Numbered from the whole stretch's first letter, positions 12,406 to 25,300 are shown. The stretch: 63,972 bases of DNA, filler included, from Rhabdomonas costata (GCA_019059605.1; 41 parts of 41 records of this genome joined end to end with filler, not necessarily neighbours in it), one strand, 5' to 3'. Made by a program: numbers and translations. The notes: generated from the letters alone by a model not told the origin.

Positions 12406-13450
12406 ACNNNNNNNNNNNNNNNNNNNNNNNNNNNNNNNNNNNNNNNNNNNNTTAATTAATTAANNNNNNNNNNNNNNNNNNNNNNNNNNNNNNNNNNNNN
12501 NNNNNNNTGTGTTGGTGATGTTCTACGCTTCTACAGTGCTTGTGTGTGTCAGTGAGTTGGTTGAGGGGTTCATGGCATTCTTGTTTCTTGGGTTCAGGAG
12601 GTAGAGGGGTTCTGTGAGTCAATGCATGAGGTGTAAGGTATCAGCATGACTATAGAGGATAAAGATGCAAAGAAGCACCCTGAAGAGAAAAAATGCGTAA
12701 GATACCCTCCTACTCCGCTACGCTACGTTCCTTCCACCTACTACTACGGCATGCCCGTACCGACCATGCCTACGTGATGCCTTGATGCTTTCTTGAGACC
12801 CGATGCCTTACTCCGATACCCTACGCATGGATACCGCTACCTCAATGCATGGATACCCGATACCTAACGCTACAACCCCGATGTGAGATAAGATGCGAAG
12901 AGGAGCCCGCCGAGGGCGACACGTGATCGACAGAACGTATGGTAAATGCATGATCCGAATGCATGATCCCCCTTACTCTTCTTACCCTATGTGCCCCCAA
13001 GTCGAGGATGTCACTGAGTCGGCATAGATGGTACGGAGTGATGTCGAGGCATCGAGGCATCACGGAGACAGGAAGGCATCTGGCACCGCAGGTAGGAACT
13101 CAAGACCCCTCTACACTCTTTCAACGCTGGTAGGGTGAGGAACGGAGCCGTATAGCGGTGGTGTGACGAACAACGCATCTAGGAGGAGGGACACGACCCT
13201 AGGGAGTGTCACGACGACAGCAAAGACAAAAGCCCCCAAGACCCTCAGATACTCCCTAGCATCTGACTCAGCTTGACATCGCCCCTCTGTCATCCTGCGG
13301 GGCCCTTACGTAGGAGCCATGCCGTAGTAGAGGGTAAGTGTCTGCAAGGCGAGGATGTCAGGGAGTCGGAGTCATGCATCAGGTCATCATGTCTCGAAGC
13401 ATGGGTCTGAGCGTAGCGAGGGAGCCATCCGTAGAAGGAAGGCATCACCC

Positions 13451-13777
13451 CTTCACTCATCTTCTCTCTCTTACCTCACTTATTGCCACTACAAGTCGAG
13501 GATGTCATTGAGTCGGAGTCACCCTTAGGCATGAAGGCATGAGTCACGCAGTGTGTCATGCCGTAATAGGAAGGGCATCTGCGATAGGTTAGCCCTTTTA
13601 CCCTTTTATGCCTTAGGGTGGGGAGTAGCATGAACCATCACTCATAGGGAGCATCGACCAACGGGAGATGCAACCAGCTGAGTATTCCACTGTCGGCTGA
13701 GTATCCCACTCTCCAACCCCTCCCTCACTCCACCACCCTAAGGTGCCTACGGGGTAAGAGAGAGAAGATGAGTGAAG
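13451..13777. repeat. MITE-like unit bounded by a perfect 25-bp inverted repeat
   Basis: CTTCACTCATCTTCTCTCTCTTACC (13451-13475) pairs with GGTAAGAGAGAGAAGATGAGTGAAG (13753-13777). The interior is non-coding. Confidence 0.5.
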
Positions 13778-13827
13778 AATGGAGTAACTACGTCGACGTG
13801 GTCAACAACGCACAATGTTCTTTCGCA

Positions 13828-13963
13828 TGTAAAAAATATCAAAAAAATATCATAATGTGGACCCAAATATTTTAAGCTTTTTGGCGCTCTGGGTGGGTTC
13901 GGCGGGTCAAAAAGCTTAAAATATTTGGGTCCACATTATGATATTTTTTTGATATTTTTTACA
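13828..13963. repeat. Perfect 56-bp inverted repeat at contig end
   Basis: 13828-13883 is the reverse complement of 13908-13963, with a 24-nt loop. Confidence 0.95.
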
Positions 13964-14869
13964 AACAAAANNNNNNNNNNNNNNNNNNNNNNNNNNNNNN
14001 NNNNNNNNNNNNNNTTAATTAATTAANNNNNNNNNNNNNNNNNNNNNNNNNNNNNNNNNNNNNNNNNNNNGGTGGTGTGGCCAGTATGTGTGTGTTGTGT
14101 GCGTGTGATTTGGGCGCATTGCGCGCTGGTTGTTGGTGACCACTGTGGGCTGACGGGTGCCCGCACTGTTGGCCACGGGTGCTCGGGACTACCCTTTGAG
14201 CTTTTCTTTCGGATGGTTGAACGGGCAGCACCGGTATCTACAGGCGTTGCCGTGCCAGCACATCACATTACGCCGGTATGTGTGTGTGTGTGTGGGTACG
14301 CAAGAGGCAAAGGTGTCAGGTGGGTGGGGTGCACTACCCACAACTATTGTCGGAATTCTTGGACCTGAACTTGGTATTTTGGACAGCCCCAGCAGGGGCT
14401 GCCGATGGGGTTTGACGTTGCAATTCACTGTTTCCGCACACCTTGCGCAGGTCTCTCCGCGTCGCCAACCGAGTCGCACGGGCTTTGAGCGGAAGCAGGG
14501 CCTGCACGTCGCAAAATCGCGTGGTGCCCACGGGGGTATCTGGGAGCAGCCCGGACTCGCCAGCAGCAAGCCTGGCCCGTGGAGCAGAGAAAGCGAACAA
14601 CGACAAACACCCAGCCACATGGGGTAGGGGCTCAACCAGAGCTTGTCCCAGGGCTTGCTCGTTTTCGTTTCGGACCCAGATTTTTCGCTCCTTCGCAAGA
14701 CGATGCGCAAACATGCGCTGTTCAGGGTGTTCCCCACTGAAAGTGTCCCACGTTCGAGCGGTGGTAATATTATGCACGAAGAGGGGGTATAAGGAGCGCA
14801 TGGACCAACGCGCGTGTACTAAATACTTGGAAGAAACATTTATGCATCGGCGATGCCCCATGCACAGAG

Positions 14870-15521
14870 GTGCGGTGAACGCGACATACTCCTCAGCCGA
14901 AATGTCACAGCTGCTTGATAACTCGAAGACGCTGGAGGCGTACGGGCACCGTGGGCTGCTCAGAGACATCGGCTCTCGAAGGAGTTTGGAGTGCCTCAAT
15001 CCTATGATCTAATAGAAAGTGTGCGTGTACGGGGAGCAGAAGGGGGGACGGGCGGGATAATCTATTTTTCGTTTGAAAGGATTCCCAAGTGTATTGGGTC
15101 ACTCTGCCATTGGGGAGCCATACGACACCAATCAACCCAAATGAAGGAAAGCACACTGGGAACCATCCAAGCGTCCCAATTTTACTCATATATTCCACCG
15201 GACCCGAGACCCGCAAGAGGAGAAAACGCAGAACCTTGGCACGCAGCTTCCCGCTCTCGGGGTCTTCCTGCACAAGCACGTTCTCCAGCTTCAGGTCGCG
15301 ATGCACAATATCCAGGTTATGCAGGTACGCTAGACCCTCCAGCAGCTGCCGGGTGACGTCTGCAGCCATCCGCTCCGGAAGGCCATGCTTTGCCGCGATC
15401 ACCTCCAAGAGCTCCTTGCCCTCAAATAGCTCCTCCACCAGGTACACTGTGCTGGAGTCCTGGAAGGCATAGAAGAGCTTCATGAAGTGTTCGGAGTCCA
15501 GCATCCTTATAATATCGACCT
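14870..15521 (-). CDS. Ser/Thr protein kinase (CAMK/CDPK-like), exon ~15521-15235 and next exon from 15008 (3' end uncertain), partial
   Basis: VYLVEELFEGKELL...RQLLEGLAYLHNLDIVHRDLKLENVL covers subdomains V-VIb. Donor AAG|GT at 15234 and acceptor TAG|ATC at 15008 continue the frame as IIGLRHSK. Confidence 0.88.
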
Positions 15522-15827
15522 CCCAAAACCAACNNNNNNNNNNNNNNNNNNNNNNNNNNNNNNNNNNNNNNNNNNNNTTAATTAATTAANNNNNNNNNNN
15601 NNNNNNNNNNNNNNNNNNNNNNNNNNNNNNNNNGGTGGGGGGGTAAATGAGCGGGGATAACTTGATGTGAACATGAACCCAGAAGCTCCTGTCTAAACGT
15701 CCAGAGCGTCCAGAGATATAACTCCAGAAAAAGAACGACTCTTTCATCGTGGTCATCCGAAGAAGACGCAAGAACCAATGTGAACGGCGTAGAAGTGCAG
15801 AAAGACGGAAAGGGAGGGTTTGAATAC

Positions 15828-16811
15828 CTTGACCAGGTCAGACTTCACAAATCCGACCTCCTTGTACTCCATCCTACAACACAACAGCACCGCGAGGACA
15901 AAGTTATAAACCATATCAAAAGATCGGGTGAAGCGGAGCTGCACCGAGAAAGAAGAAGGTGAGCATCTCTGCGCGTATTAAAATACTTCTTCACTCAAAA
16001 GCAAACCATACAATTGCCAGCGGTCAGCTCGGTCAGCTGCCCACTCGTACATTTTCCTTTTTCGGGAGAAATTGTGACGCCCCCCCCCCCGGGTGTGCCG
16101 CATACGAGGCAAAGCCATTGGTTGCAGCCCTCAATTCATGGGGGAACCGCCGCACGATCTCCAGGAAGGGCATGGTCAGCTTAAAGCACACTGTGTCCGC
16201 AGCTGGATAGGTTGTCTCGTTGAGTCGACCACGGTGCTCCTGGTGAAAGAGAGCAGGGGCAAAGCGGGGCAGGTGGGTTAGATGCAGACGGAACGAGACA
16301 GAACCTCTGGGATCTGTGACCAATCACAGTTCATGCATCACATCGCAGCATCCACACCACATTAGTGGAAGTTGAGACTGGATGAAGAAAGCTGGTTCTG
16401 CCTGGTTCAAAGCTACTTCTGCCTGAAGCACCGATCAATCAAATATTGCAACCTGTCTCTGCGGGAGACACACACACACACACACACACACACACAAGAA
16501 CATAAAAATATGAGAATGGGGCGCACTTGGGAGTTTAGGAGGACAATCTAACTTTGCCTCATGTCACCGACCGAGTAAGTAGTATGAATGTCTGTAGATT
16601 AAATTTTAGGAATATGTGAGCATCCAGAATGCATAACGGAATGTTTCCTCCAGACGAAAGCAGACGCAAAACAGGGTTCGAAACAACGCAGAATACAAAG
16701 AAAGAGTACACAAAACCTGACACAACGACAGCACAGCCCCACTGTAGCGCTGGGGAACAAAGATTGTCATGTCAACCATGGGCTCCTGGTGCTCCTTCAC
16801 TTTGGGAAAAT
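15828..16811 (-). CDS. GUF1: Translation factor GUF1/LepA (EF4), exons 16811-16717, 16239-16106, 15873-15828, partial
   Basis: Spliced reading EPMVDMTIFVPQRYSGAVLSLCQ|EHRGRLNETTY...MPFLEIVRRFPHELRAATNGFAS|MEYKEVGFVKSDLVK parallels the LepA segment EP...P..Y.G.V..LC...RG...P..E....F...L...T.G.AS.DY....Y...DLVK. Splice phases are consistent. Confidence 0.82.
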
Positions 16812-17639
16812 CTAAGCGTTGGAGCGGCGACGGACCCAGCCATAGCACAAAACAGCTGCCCAGACAAAAAACACGGCCACATAGATCTGCCTGGTGGGGA
16901 AAACCGCGCCATTACGAAGTGCATGCTCGAAACCCAAAAGATCATCATGCATATCTCTTGTGGGTATCCGTCTGTTTCCTTGTGTAACGGAAAAAGTACA
17001 TGGCACAATGCTATTTCTCAACCTGCATCGTTCACCCTTCCCTGCCACCATGAATGACTGTCTTTTCGCGTTGGAAAGCCCGCCTCCCCCCCACCACNNN
17101 NNNNNNNNNNNNNNNNNNNNNNNNNNNNNNNNNNNNNNNNNTTAATTAATTAANNNNNNNNNNNNNNNNNNNNNNNNNNNNNNNNNNNNNNNNNNNNCTG
17201 AAGGAGACCGAATTCCTTCTTAAGGTAATTCGGAGACAATGTAATGGAGAAAAAGCCGGAGTGAAAAGACGGCTTGCTCTGCAGAAAAAAATTGCATTGC
17301 CGTTGAAGCTGCTTCTGTTAAAGGCTCGAAAAGAAATTGCGCAAGGGGTGAGCAGAGCAGGGCAGAGCAGAGCTCAGGAGAAATACGAGAAAATAAGACT
17401 AGAAATGTGAGCTCCCAAACAACCAAGAAGTCGAGAAATGGATGGGGTGGAAAACTGGAGCTGGGGAGTCAGGAAATCCTGATACCCCCACCATCTCAAA
17501 ACTATGGTGTCGTGGGTGACAGGCGACGGGGCAGTTTCCCTTTTACTCAACGTGGAGCTCTTTGTCCAATTTCAGCTTCTTGCTGAGCTTCTTCTACCTT
17601 TAGTCTGCAGTCGTTCTTCTCTTTGCTCCATGCACACAG

Positions 17640-18291
17640 CTGCACCACTGTGATCTGCTCCGACAAGACTGGAACTCTCACCACGAACATGATGAGCGTC
17701 TCCAAGGTAAAGAAGCAGATGCCCCCCCCTCCAACCCCTCTCGGGCGAAAGCGAGATTCTCTCTGAACTGGATCTACTCGCGGTCCTTTCATTGGGGGGA
17801 AGGATGCCTGTTCCCCTAAAATACAATAATCCTGTCCTGTGTTTTTTGGCTGCAACATAACAAGTAAAGGATCCACAAACAATAAAAACCAAGATGATCG
17901 ACCGGGGAAATTCAGAAAAAGCTCTCGCCACCTCATCGCTGGCCTTCGCCCTCTGACGCTTGATGCTGTCCTACTGTGTCTTTGTTCAATTTCCGGCCCT
18001 TCCCTTCCCTCATTCTGTCCAGGTGGCCTTCTTTCGCGGCCCCATCGGCGCGGAGCTCTCGTCCTCGGCTTCCTCCCGGTCCCCACCTCCGCAGCCCCCA
18101 TCCATTGTCGAGCTGGACGTCGCGGACACTCAGTTCGACGTCGGGCTGTGGCCCGCGGTGAGTGCAGAGGGGGGGGTGCCGCTGCGCACCCCAATCCCGA
18201 CCTACCCCGTTCTGGCCACCCTTGCCACTGCGGTGGCGCTTTGCAATGACTCCTCCCTGCAGCTCAACCCCAAGACGGGCCATGCCAACCG
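17640..18291 (+). CDS. P-type IIA Ca2+-ATPase (SERCA-like), exons 17640-17706 and 18023-18291, partial
   Basis: CTTVICSDKTGTLTTNMMSVSK carries the DKTGT phosphorylation motif. The next exon has the N-domain motif ALCNDSSL. GT-AG intron. Confidence 0.92.
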
Positions 18292-19641
18292 GTAGTGCTG
18301 GGAAGGGGTGAATATTTCCTCGCCGCGTCCAGCCCAGTTCGGGATTTGTTAGGGGATCATCGCCCTTAGGTCCGGACAGAAGGGGGAGGGGCGTTGTAAC
18401 GGCGTCACAAAATATTCGCCCCTGTAGGATGAAGCATAATCAAGGGGCCCCGTCTCCCTAAACGTCAGTGCGCTTTGACGTGCATCGCCACGTGGGGACG
18501 AAATCATACCTCCAGGCAACAAGCCACGTCAGCTGCCCGCTCCGCCGCGCCGTGCAGTGGCCTTTCCTCAAATAAACCCCCAATAAAAAACCAACATAAC
18601 CAACCCCGGAAATGCAGAAAAATATTATGTTATCATTTCGGTTTAACGCCCCAAAACCAGNNNNNNNNNNNNNNNNNNNNNNNNNNNNNNNNNNNNNNNN
18701 NNNNTTAATTAATTAANNNNNNNNNNNNNNNNNNNNNNNNNNNNNNNNNNNNNNNNNNNNGTGGGGGGTGATCGGCAGATCGAGCCACTACCGAGCGGGC
18801 GGTGGCCCAGGCTGCCCACCTTGCCGTCCAAGAGGCCTTCGAGGACGTCCTCCGGAGACGCTAACGCTAACGCTCCTCTTCTCTCTTTGGTTCACCCTCT
18901 CGAATCTTCCGTTGCTGCTTGCTTTGCCCTCCTCGTTGTATCTGTCCTGCCCTGGCAATGGAGTCACCTCACCGTCCATTTTTTCTGCGCTGTGGGTGCG
19001 CATCCCTGGTGACCTGGTTCATAACCTTTAGCGCGGTGTCCTGTGAGCCATCAGTTTGCCTGTTTATTACTCAGTTTAGGCTACCGATGCTTGTCGAGGG
19101 TTACGTCAAGAGGTCACGGCTGTTCTGAAAATTGAGTATTAGTACTACTTGCCGCGAGACGACCATTGCCAGAGCGGGCAGAGCAACAGTTCCGCCGTAT
19201 TGTTTCCCTTTCGTGTGTATGTTTGCGAACATGCATCTTTCCGTTGTACTTGGCCATGTGCACCGTTTATGGTACGGGCGGGGGAAGCGGAGCTGGTACG
19301 TCATCTTATCTTCTGTGAGCTCCCTGAAACGGAGATCGCAATCGCTTGACAAGAGGAAAGTGCAAATCGCAATAGATTTCCTCTTCCTGTTTGACCCCTT
19401 TGAAGATTGCACTGGTCCAAGAGCGCCCTTCATCCGATTTTACGATGTTTCCTATGTTTGTTTCAGCACATCTAATCATTGCTGGCACCCCGTGTGCTGG
19501 CACCCCGTGCTTTACCCCGGGCCTGTTTTGTTAAGGCGCACTTTCCCGCACGTCCTGTTCCGTGTGTGTTGTGTTCCTCAGCCGCACAGGTTTGTCTTGA
19601 TTCTCTACACTGTCTTGAGGTCCTTTCTCTCTTTGGAGCGA

Positions 19642-19948
19642 ATGCGGATCTGTGTGGTTGGCGCGGGCTCCATCGGGGGCTACCTGGCCGTCCTGCTGGC
19701 GAAGTCAGGGGAGCGCGTCTCCCTCTTGGTGCGGGGGGCCCACAAGGAGGCCATTCAGCGGGAGGGCCTCCGGCTTCTCTGGAGCGAGGGCAGCAGCCGG
19801 GAGCCTGTGGTGGCTCTGGCCGAGGAGTTTGAAGCGGTGACGGAGAACCTTGAGGACATCGCCAGGGAGCCGCCTCTGGACGCCATCCTTCTCGGGGTGA
19901 AGGCAAACCAGATCCTGGCGCTGCTGGAGGGCTTGGTGCCTCTGCTCG
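19642..19948 (+). CDS. panE: 2-dehydropantoate 2-reductase (PanE/ApbA family), first exon
   Basis: MRICVVGAGSIGGYLAVLLAKSGERVSLLVRGAHKEAIQREGLRL...DAILLGVKANQI has the ApbA Rossmann start (GAGxIGG) and the D.....VK motif. It ends at a GT donor. Confidence 0.85.
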
Positions 19949-20811
19949 GTGTGTGCGGAGCCATCTGAACACGAAAGAAGGGGGGCTTGGTGGTTTGGGT
20001 TGAGGCTGTGACTCCCTGCATGGTGTCAGCAGAATTATTGAGCGGGTTTTGGAAGTAACCGAAAGAGCAGCACGCCCGGGGCGGCTGTTTCCCCTTGTCC
20101 ATCTGTCTCCCTTTTGAACAAGTTCGCGCATTTCCCAATACAATCTCCTCTCTATGCCTTGATCCTTTCACCGCTCTTGCCTGCCCTGCGTCTTGCAGAA
20201 CTGATACTTTGCACACAAACACNNNNNNNNNNNNNNNNNNNNNNNNNNNNNNNNNNNNNNNNNNNNTTAATTAATTAANNNNNNNNNNNNNNNNNNNNNN
20301 NNNNNNNNNNNNNNNNNNNNNNGTGGTGGGGTGTGAGGACGAGACAACTCTGCTACAGTGTATCAAGGACGGTTACTTCCCTTGACTTTGGCTGTGCTCT
20401 CTTCTGTGCCTTTGGACCCGTCTAGTGCACCTATGCCGTGTGAATATAGGCAAGGTTGCAAGGTTATCCGAAGTAAAGGGAAAATACTATGAAACGTGTG
20501 CGTGGCGGAAGCACCCGCACAATTGCAGCAGACACCTCGCTTGCAATCAAGCATAAATCGAACGAAGGAATGAGCAATACCAAATAGTAGGAAGCACCGG
20601 GGCATTGGTCCTCACCGTAGCAATGGGCTAAGGGAACCGTTTCAAAGCAGAGACAAGTGAACCGTGCTTGTTACCAAAGTCAATCCGATGGATTGAAAAT
20701 TGATTACTGAAGGATGCCCACCTCCTACCCGCCAGCGACACAAACGGCGCTACCATGAAAAGCCTGCCTTGAAGGAGGGTCCCCACCTCACCACTCGCAA
20801 AAAGAAATACC

Positions 20812-21330
20812 ACAGGCTTCTTTGGAAGGTCCGGAGAAATCTGGAACGGTGACGGGTTCAGCAGCTGCTTGGTCGCCACACAACGCTCAAGAAACTCGGG
20901 CTTCACCACGGGCACCTTGTATCTACACCAGCAAATTAGGAGTGGGGCTGCTTTCGAAAGCCAATCGCTTGCCGAGTCTAAAAGAACGCAGCAGCTCAAG
21001 TCACATCATTGACGCATCCCTTTTCCGATCACATGAAAGAGCCTCCAGGAAAATTTCAACCAGTCGACGATGCATCCTAAGTGGAAATGGAGCCTCTTTT
21101 GCGTGGATCTTCCGCAGCCATGGACCAATAACAGAGAATATCAACCCTGCTGGCATGAGCTAAACACAATTTAAAGTACAACATCAAGAGTTGTCACCCG
21201 ATACCACGCATCTAAGAAGAGGCATTCCATTCCCAAAACCGAACAACGGGGCTGATGAAGACCTGAGCGCATTGCGCAGTCGAACAGAGGTCTGCGAGAT
21301 GGTCATTAGCATCACCAAGTAGTCCGTGTT
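20812..21330 (-). CDS. BRCT-domain protein exons (~21330-21263 and 20922-~20812), partial
   Basis: Spliced reading TDYLVM...SVRLRNALR|YKVPVVKPEFLERCVATKQLLNPSPF resembles the BRCT C-terminal half (THLV...A....IPVV...W/F...C.....L....Y/F). The phase-2 GT-AG junction fits. Confidence 0.55.
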
Positions 21331-22065
21331 GTGGGTTTTCTTACGAAAAACACATAAACAAACAGAAACGATCCCACCAATCCCATTTTTCAGAAGACAC
21401 CAAAAGGGATACCTTCCCGATTCCAAATCAAAAGCAGTCACGGACCTAAACTCCGTCTATATAGCAAGCGTCCAACATCGACTTTTGTATATTATCGGTC
21501 AAAAGCTTCACACGTGCACATGCAAATCCAAATCAGCATTCACAAATTGCATTTGCACAGGATACCGAGCGAAGGACGGCATGAACTATGCGACCACCAT
21601 TTCTGGTGATCAGCTTCTTCAACCTCTCCCTCTGACGCAAAGGGACAGACAGCTCGGAGTCAATCTGCGGAAGAATTGCAGTAGACAAACGAAAAGAAAA
21701 AAGAAAAGAAAAAAAAGAAAAAAGAAAAAAGAAAAAAAGAAAAAAAGAAAAAACAGAGAAGAGAAGAAGAAGAAGAAAAAAACACNNNNNNNNNNNNNNN
21801 NNNNNNNNNNNNNNNNNNNNNNNNNNNNNTTAATTAATTAANNNNNNNNNNNNNNNNNNNNNNNNNNNNNNNNNNNNNNNNNNNNCTTTCTCTTTACCTT
21901 GTGTGTTTCTCGTCTCGCGTTGTGTTTGTGCTGTTGTTGCCTTTCGTGTGGTTCCCTTGCGCTTTCTTTTGCCTTCTTCCGTTTCTTCTTTTTTCGTTGT
22001 GTTTTCATGGTGGTGACGGCGTTGCTTTTGGACCCCTTCACCGCAACAACCCTGTCGTGCTTCTT

Positions 22066-22327
22066 CTTCTCTGCGTTTTCGTTGTGTTTCTTGTGGTTGC
22101 TGGGCATGGTGGTGATGGTGATTGCCAGCGCCACTTGCTCGTCCTCGGCGTAACCGTCCGGCAGAAGCTGCCTGCCACTTGGAGTCGGCCCCGCGGGTGG
22201 AAGCGACCGCTACGGGACCCCTGCGTCCATCACCACGGTAAGCACCGTGGTTCGCCTCGGCGGCGAAGCTCTTCTCTGCGTTTTCGTTGTGTTTCTTGTG
22301 GTTGCCGTTCATGGTGGTGATGGTGAT
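22066..22327. repeat. Direct repeat of ~58 bp in low-complexity G/T-rich DNA
   Basis: TCTTCTCTGCGTTTTCGTTGTGTTTCTTGTGGTTGC...CATGGTGGTGATGGTGAT occurs at ~22066-22122 and ~22270-22327, with a partial third copy near 21990. Confidence 0.8.
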
Positions 22328-25300
22328 GCTCATGGACCCACACATTACCGCCACAGCCCGGTCGTGCAGCACAGGGGTGGACGAGTAGAGCAGACCCACA
22401 CCTATTTCAGAAGAGGCGCGAACACATGGGGCTTGACGCCCCGGAGGAGCACGACGACCAGCACCGACACGAGAACGAGCACCGGTGGCGAGGGGCTATG
22501 TTTTCCACTTCTTCTAATACCACCACAACTTCACAAACCGCCAGTACGACTGCAAGAATACTCCCTTAGAGTGAAGATGTTTGTTGAGTTCATGACTGCT
22601 CGCCGTGAAGTCCGACACACGTTGCACACTAATCAAGAAGTGAAGATGTAGAGATGCCATCAGCTTCCAGGGTGGCCGCTGCAGTCAAGGCCACTGATGG
22701 GGTAATGGATAAGGCTACCACCATGTCAAGGCAAGCGTTTTGGTGAAGGAAACGGGCATGGAAACCACCTATTCAATTGAGTGTTAAGATATCCTACAAA
22801 AACCTGCATTATGCATTTTGCCAACATGCATGATACCTGGATGGTTAAAATGCCGATACTCAGCATTAATACCTAATTGCCCACTCGAAATGCTCATTTT
22901 CATGCGGTGTGAGGTCGCCATGATTAGGTGACGGGTACCAGGTCTAAATGAGTGGCATTGGTTGCGAAATGGGAAAAGAAACCCGCAAAAATATAAATGA
23001 ATCAACTCAAAAACTGGACCGTAATTCTAATACAACATTTGCGTGGCTGTAGCGGCAATGCAAGCGCTTTTCTTTTCATTCACTGCTTTGTTTATTATGG
23101 CGACGGCTCAATAAATGGACAATCGTTGGAATCAACCGTCTTGGCGCTGACTATGGATACCGAATTTTGGAATTCTTAAAAATCAATAATGTAGCGCATT
23201 TAGTACTTTTTCTACGCACGAGTGATCCGCACCATTTTTCACGCCTTCTTTTTATAGGCATGCTTTGATCTGGCTAAGCGCCATTGCTACTGGCGTTTGT
23301 TGTGAGACCATTTTCATTTTTTGTCGAGGAAAAAGTTGCACACACAAANNNNNNNNNNNNNNNNNNNNNNNNNNNNNNNNNNNNNNNNNNNNTTAATTAA
23401 TTAANNNNNNNNNNNNNNNNNNNNNNNNNNNNNNNNNNNNNNNNNNNNGGGTGGTGGGTGTGTTGGGTGAGGGCAGACGATATAAGGGAGGAAGAAGAGG
23501 GAAAGTGAACAGGTAGTTTTCTTTTTCTTTCGGGCGATGTGAAGTCTCAGAGGATAAGAAATGGAGGAGTTGATGTACAGAATTATAGCAGCGCTGCAAA
23601 TTTAACACAAAATCGGTGCATATGCGCATCCGTTGAATGGCATCAACTAAGCATCAGCTACAAAACCTATTTTGGAATAGGTTTGTCCTGGGGATTTATG
23701 AGAAACCATCATCATGTGATCATGGCCCCCCGCACTATGGCAATCATTGGTTCTTGTGATCAGGGAACTGCGTCATATCAATTCCCTATAGAATGAAATT
23801 AAAAAGTACGCTGAAGTTTGCAAGTACAGGACAAAGGCATTGTGAGGGGAGTTGACAAACAGTCAGTTGTTCTCCCAACGCGGGTTTCTAATGCGAAGTT
23901 AGAGGGCAATGCACCAGCGCTCCCGTCTGAAAGATAAAAGAACGTCCGCGTATAAATAAGAAGAACGATTCAGAACGCCAAACCTACGTCTTCAACACCG
24001 GGGGGGAGGGACAAAAGTCACCGCTGAAGTAAAAACCACTAGTCGAACAACAACATGAAACCGCGTGATGACTTCCATGACTAAAGGGTAAAAGTGAGCG
24101 CAATTGCAGAAAGAAAAAGTCCCACCCAACCGCAACGTTTCCGTTCCCCCTGGGAAAGAGCAGCAAAGCTGCACAGAGCTACCACACACATAAATTGCAG
24201 AGCAAGGTTCCCAAAATCAGCGCCTAAGATCGGGGGTGTCTAAGTGCCGAGTCCCAGTGCGTGTACGCTCCCTTCTGATAGCGGATTCCGGAGCGTGTAT
24301 CCCTCAAAGGTGGAAAAGCAAGCAAGCAATAAATGTTGCAAGCCACAAACTGCAGCTACCGACATGTCCGCCTCCATGAAACATAAAAGATAGCCACGAC
24401 GAAGCAGCAACGTCCTCCGCGAATAAACAGAAGCATCAAGAAGGACGGCCGCAACCCTTGAGTTTCCAAGGAACAAAAGCGCAATAAGTACTTGCAATCG
24501 AGGTGCAAGCTCCTTTCACTCTTTGGCGGTTCAGTTGGAGCCAACATTCCCCCGGAATAATTTCTGCAAAGATGAGAGTCACTTCCCCAATAAAGACTGA
24601 ATCTTCGACATCAAAAATCTTGCATTCGCGATAAATTGGAACCTGACACCTCAGCTGGAAGTGGATGCATCACACCCATTAATATATGACACGGTAGCAA
24701 GGAAGAAACTCGATTGCGCATAAGACGATGCGTCCAAGCGGACCTTTAAGTGGAGCCAAAATATGTGCTAATGCAACCAGATAAAAATGAGAGCGCACAA
24801 ACTGTAAATCGTAGCTGGACCTAGGTGGCTGGCACCTAAGTATCTGGCACCTAGGTGTTGGAACGTCACATTCACCACTACACATGGCAGTTGCCCATCG
24901 ACCCAAACAANNNNNNNNNNNNNNNNNNNNNNNNNNNNNNNNNNNNNNNNNNNNTTAATTAATTAANNNNNNNNNNNNNNNNNNNNNNNNNNNNNNNNNN
25001 NNNNNNNNNNGTGTTGTTGGGTTGCCTTAGCAATCGGCCTCTTCAGTCTCGTCTGACCCGGTTTTGTTTTACTGCTAAATGTCCTCGTTGGACAGGGATA
25101 GTTAACCCCTCCGTTACGTCTGAATATTGCCGTCAGTGCTCCTGTGAGTGTCCTTTGGTCCACGCTGCTTGCCGATAACCCGTCGGAGTGGGGCAGACCC
25201 ACTTCGTCTCCTTCATCTCCGTCGCACTACTCCCTCTTCAACAGGTGTTCACAGTGACTCTTTCAGCTGGGAGCACTCTTGCTTTTTGGAAATTAAAAAG

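Noticed and set aside
21690-21785. Poly-Lys/Arg ORF tail
   Set aside because: A/G low-complexity tract at a contig end with no sign of coding function.
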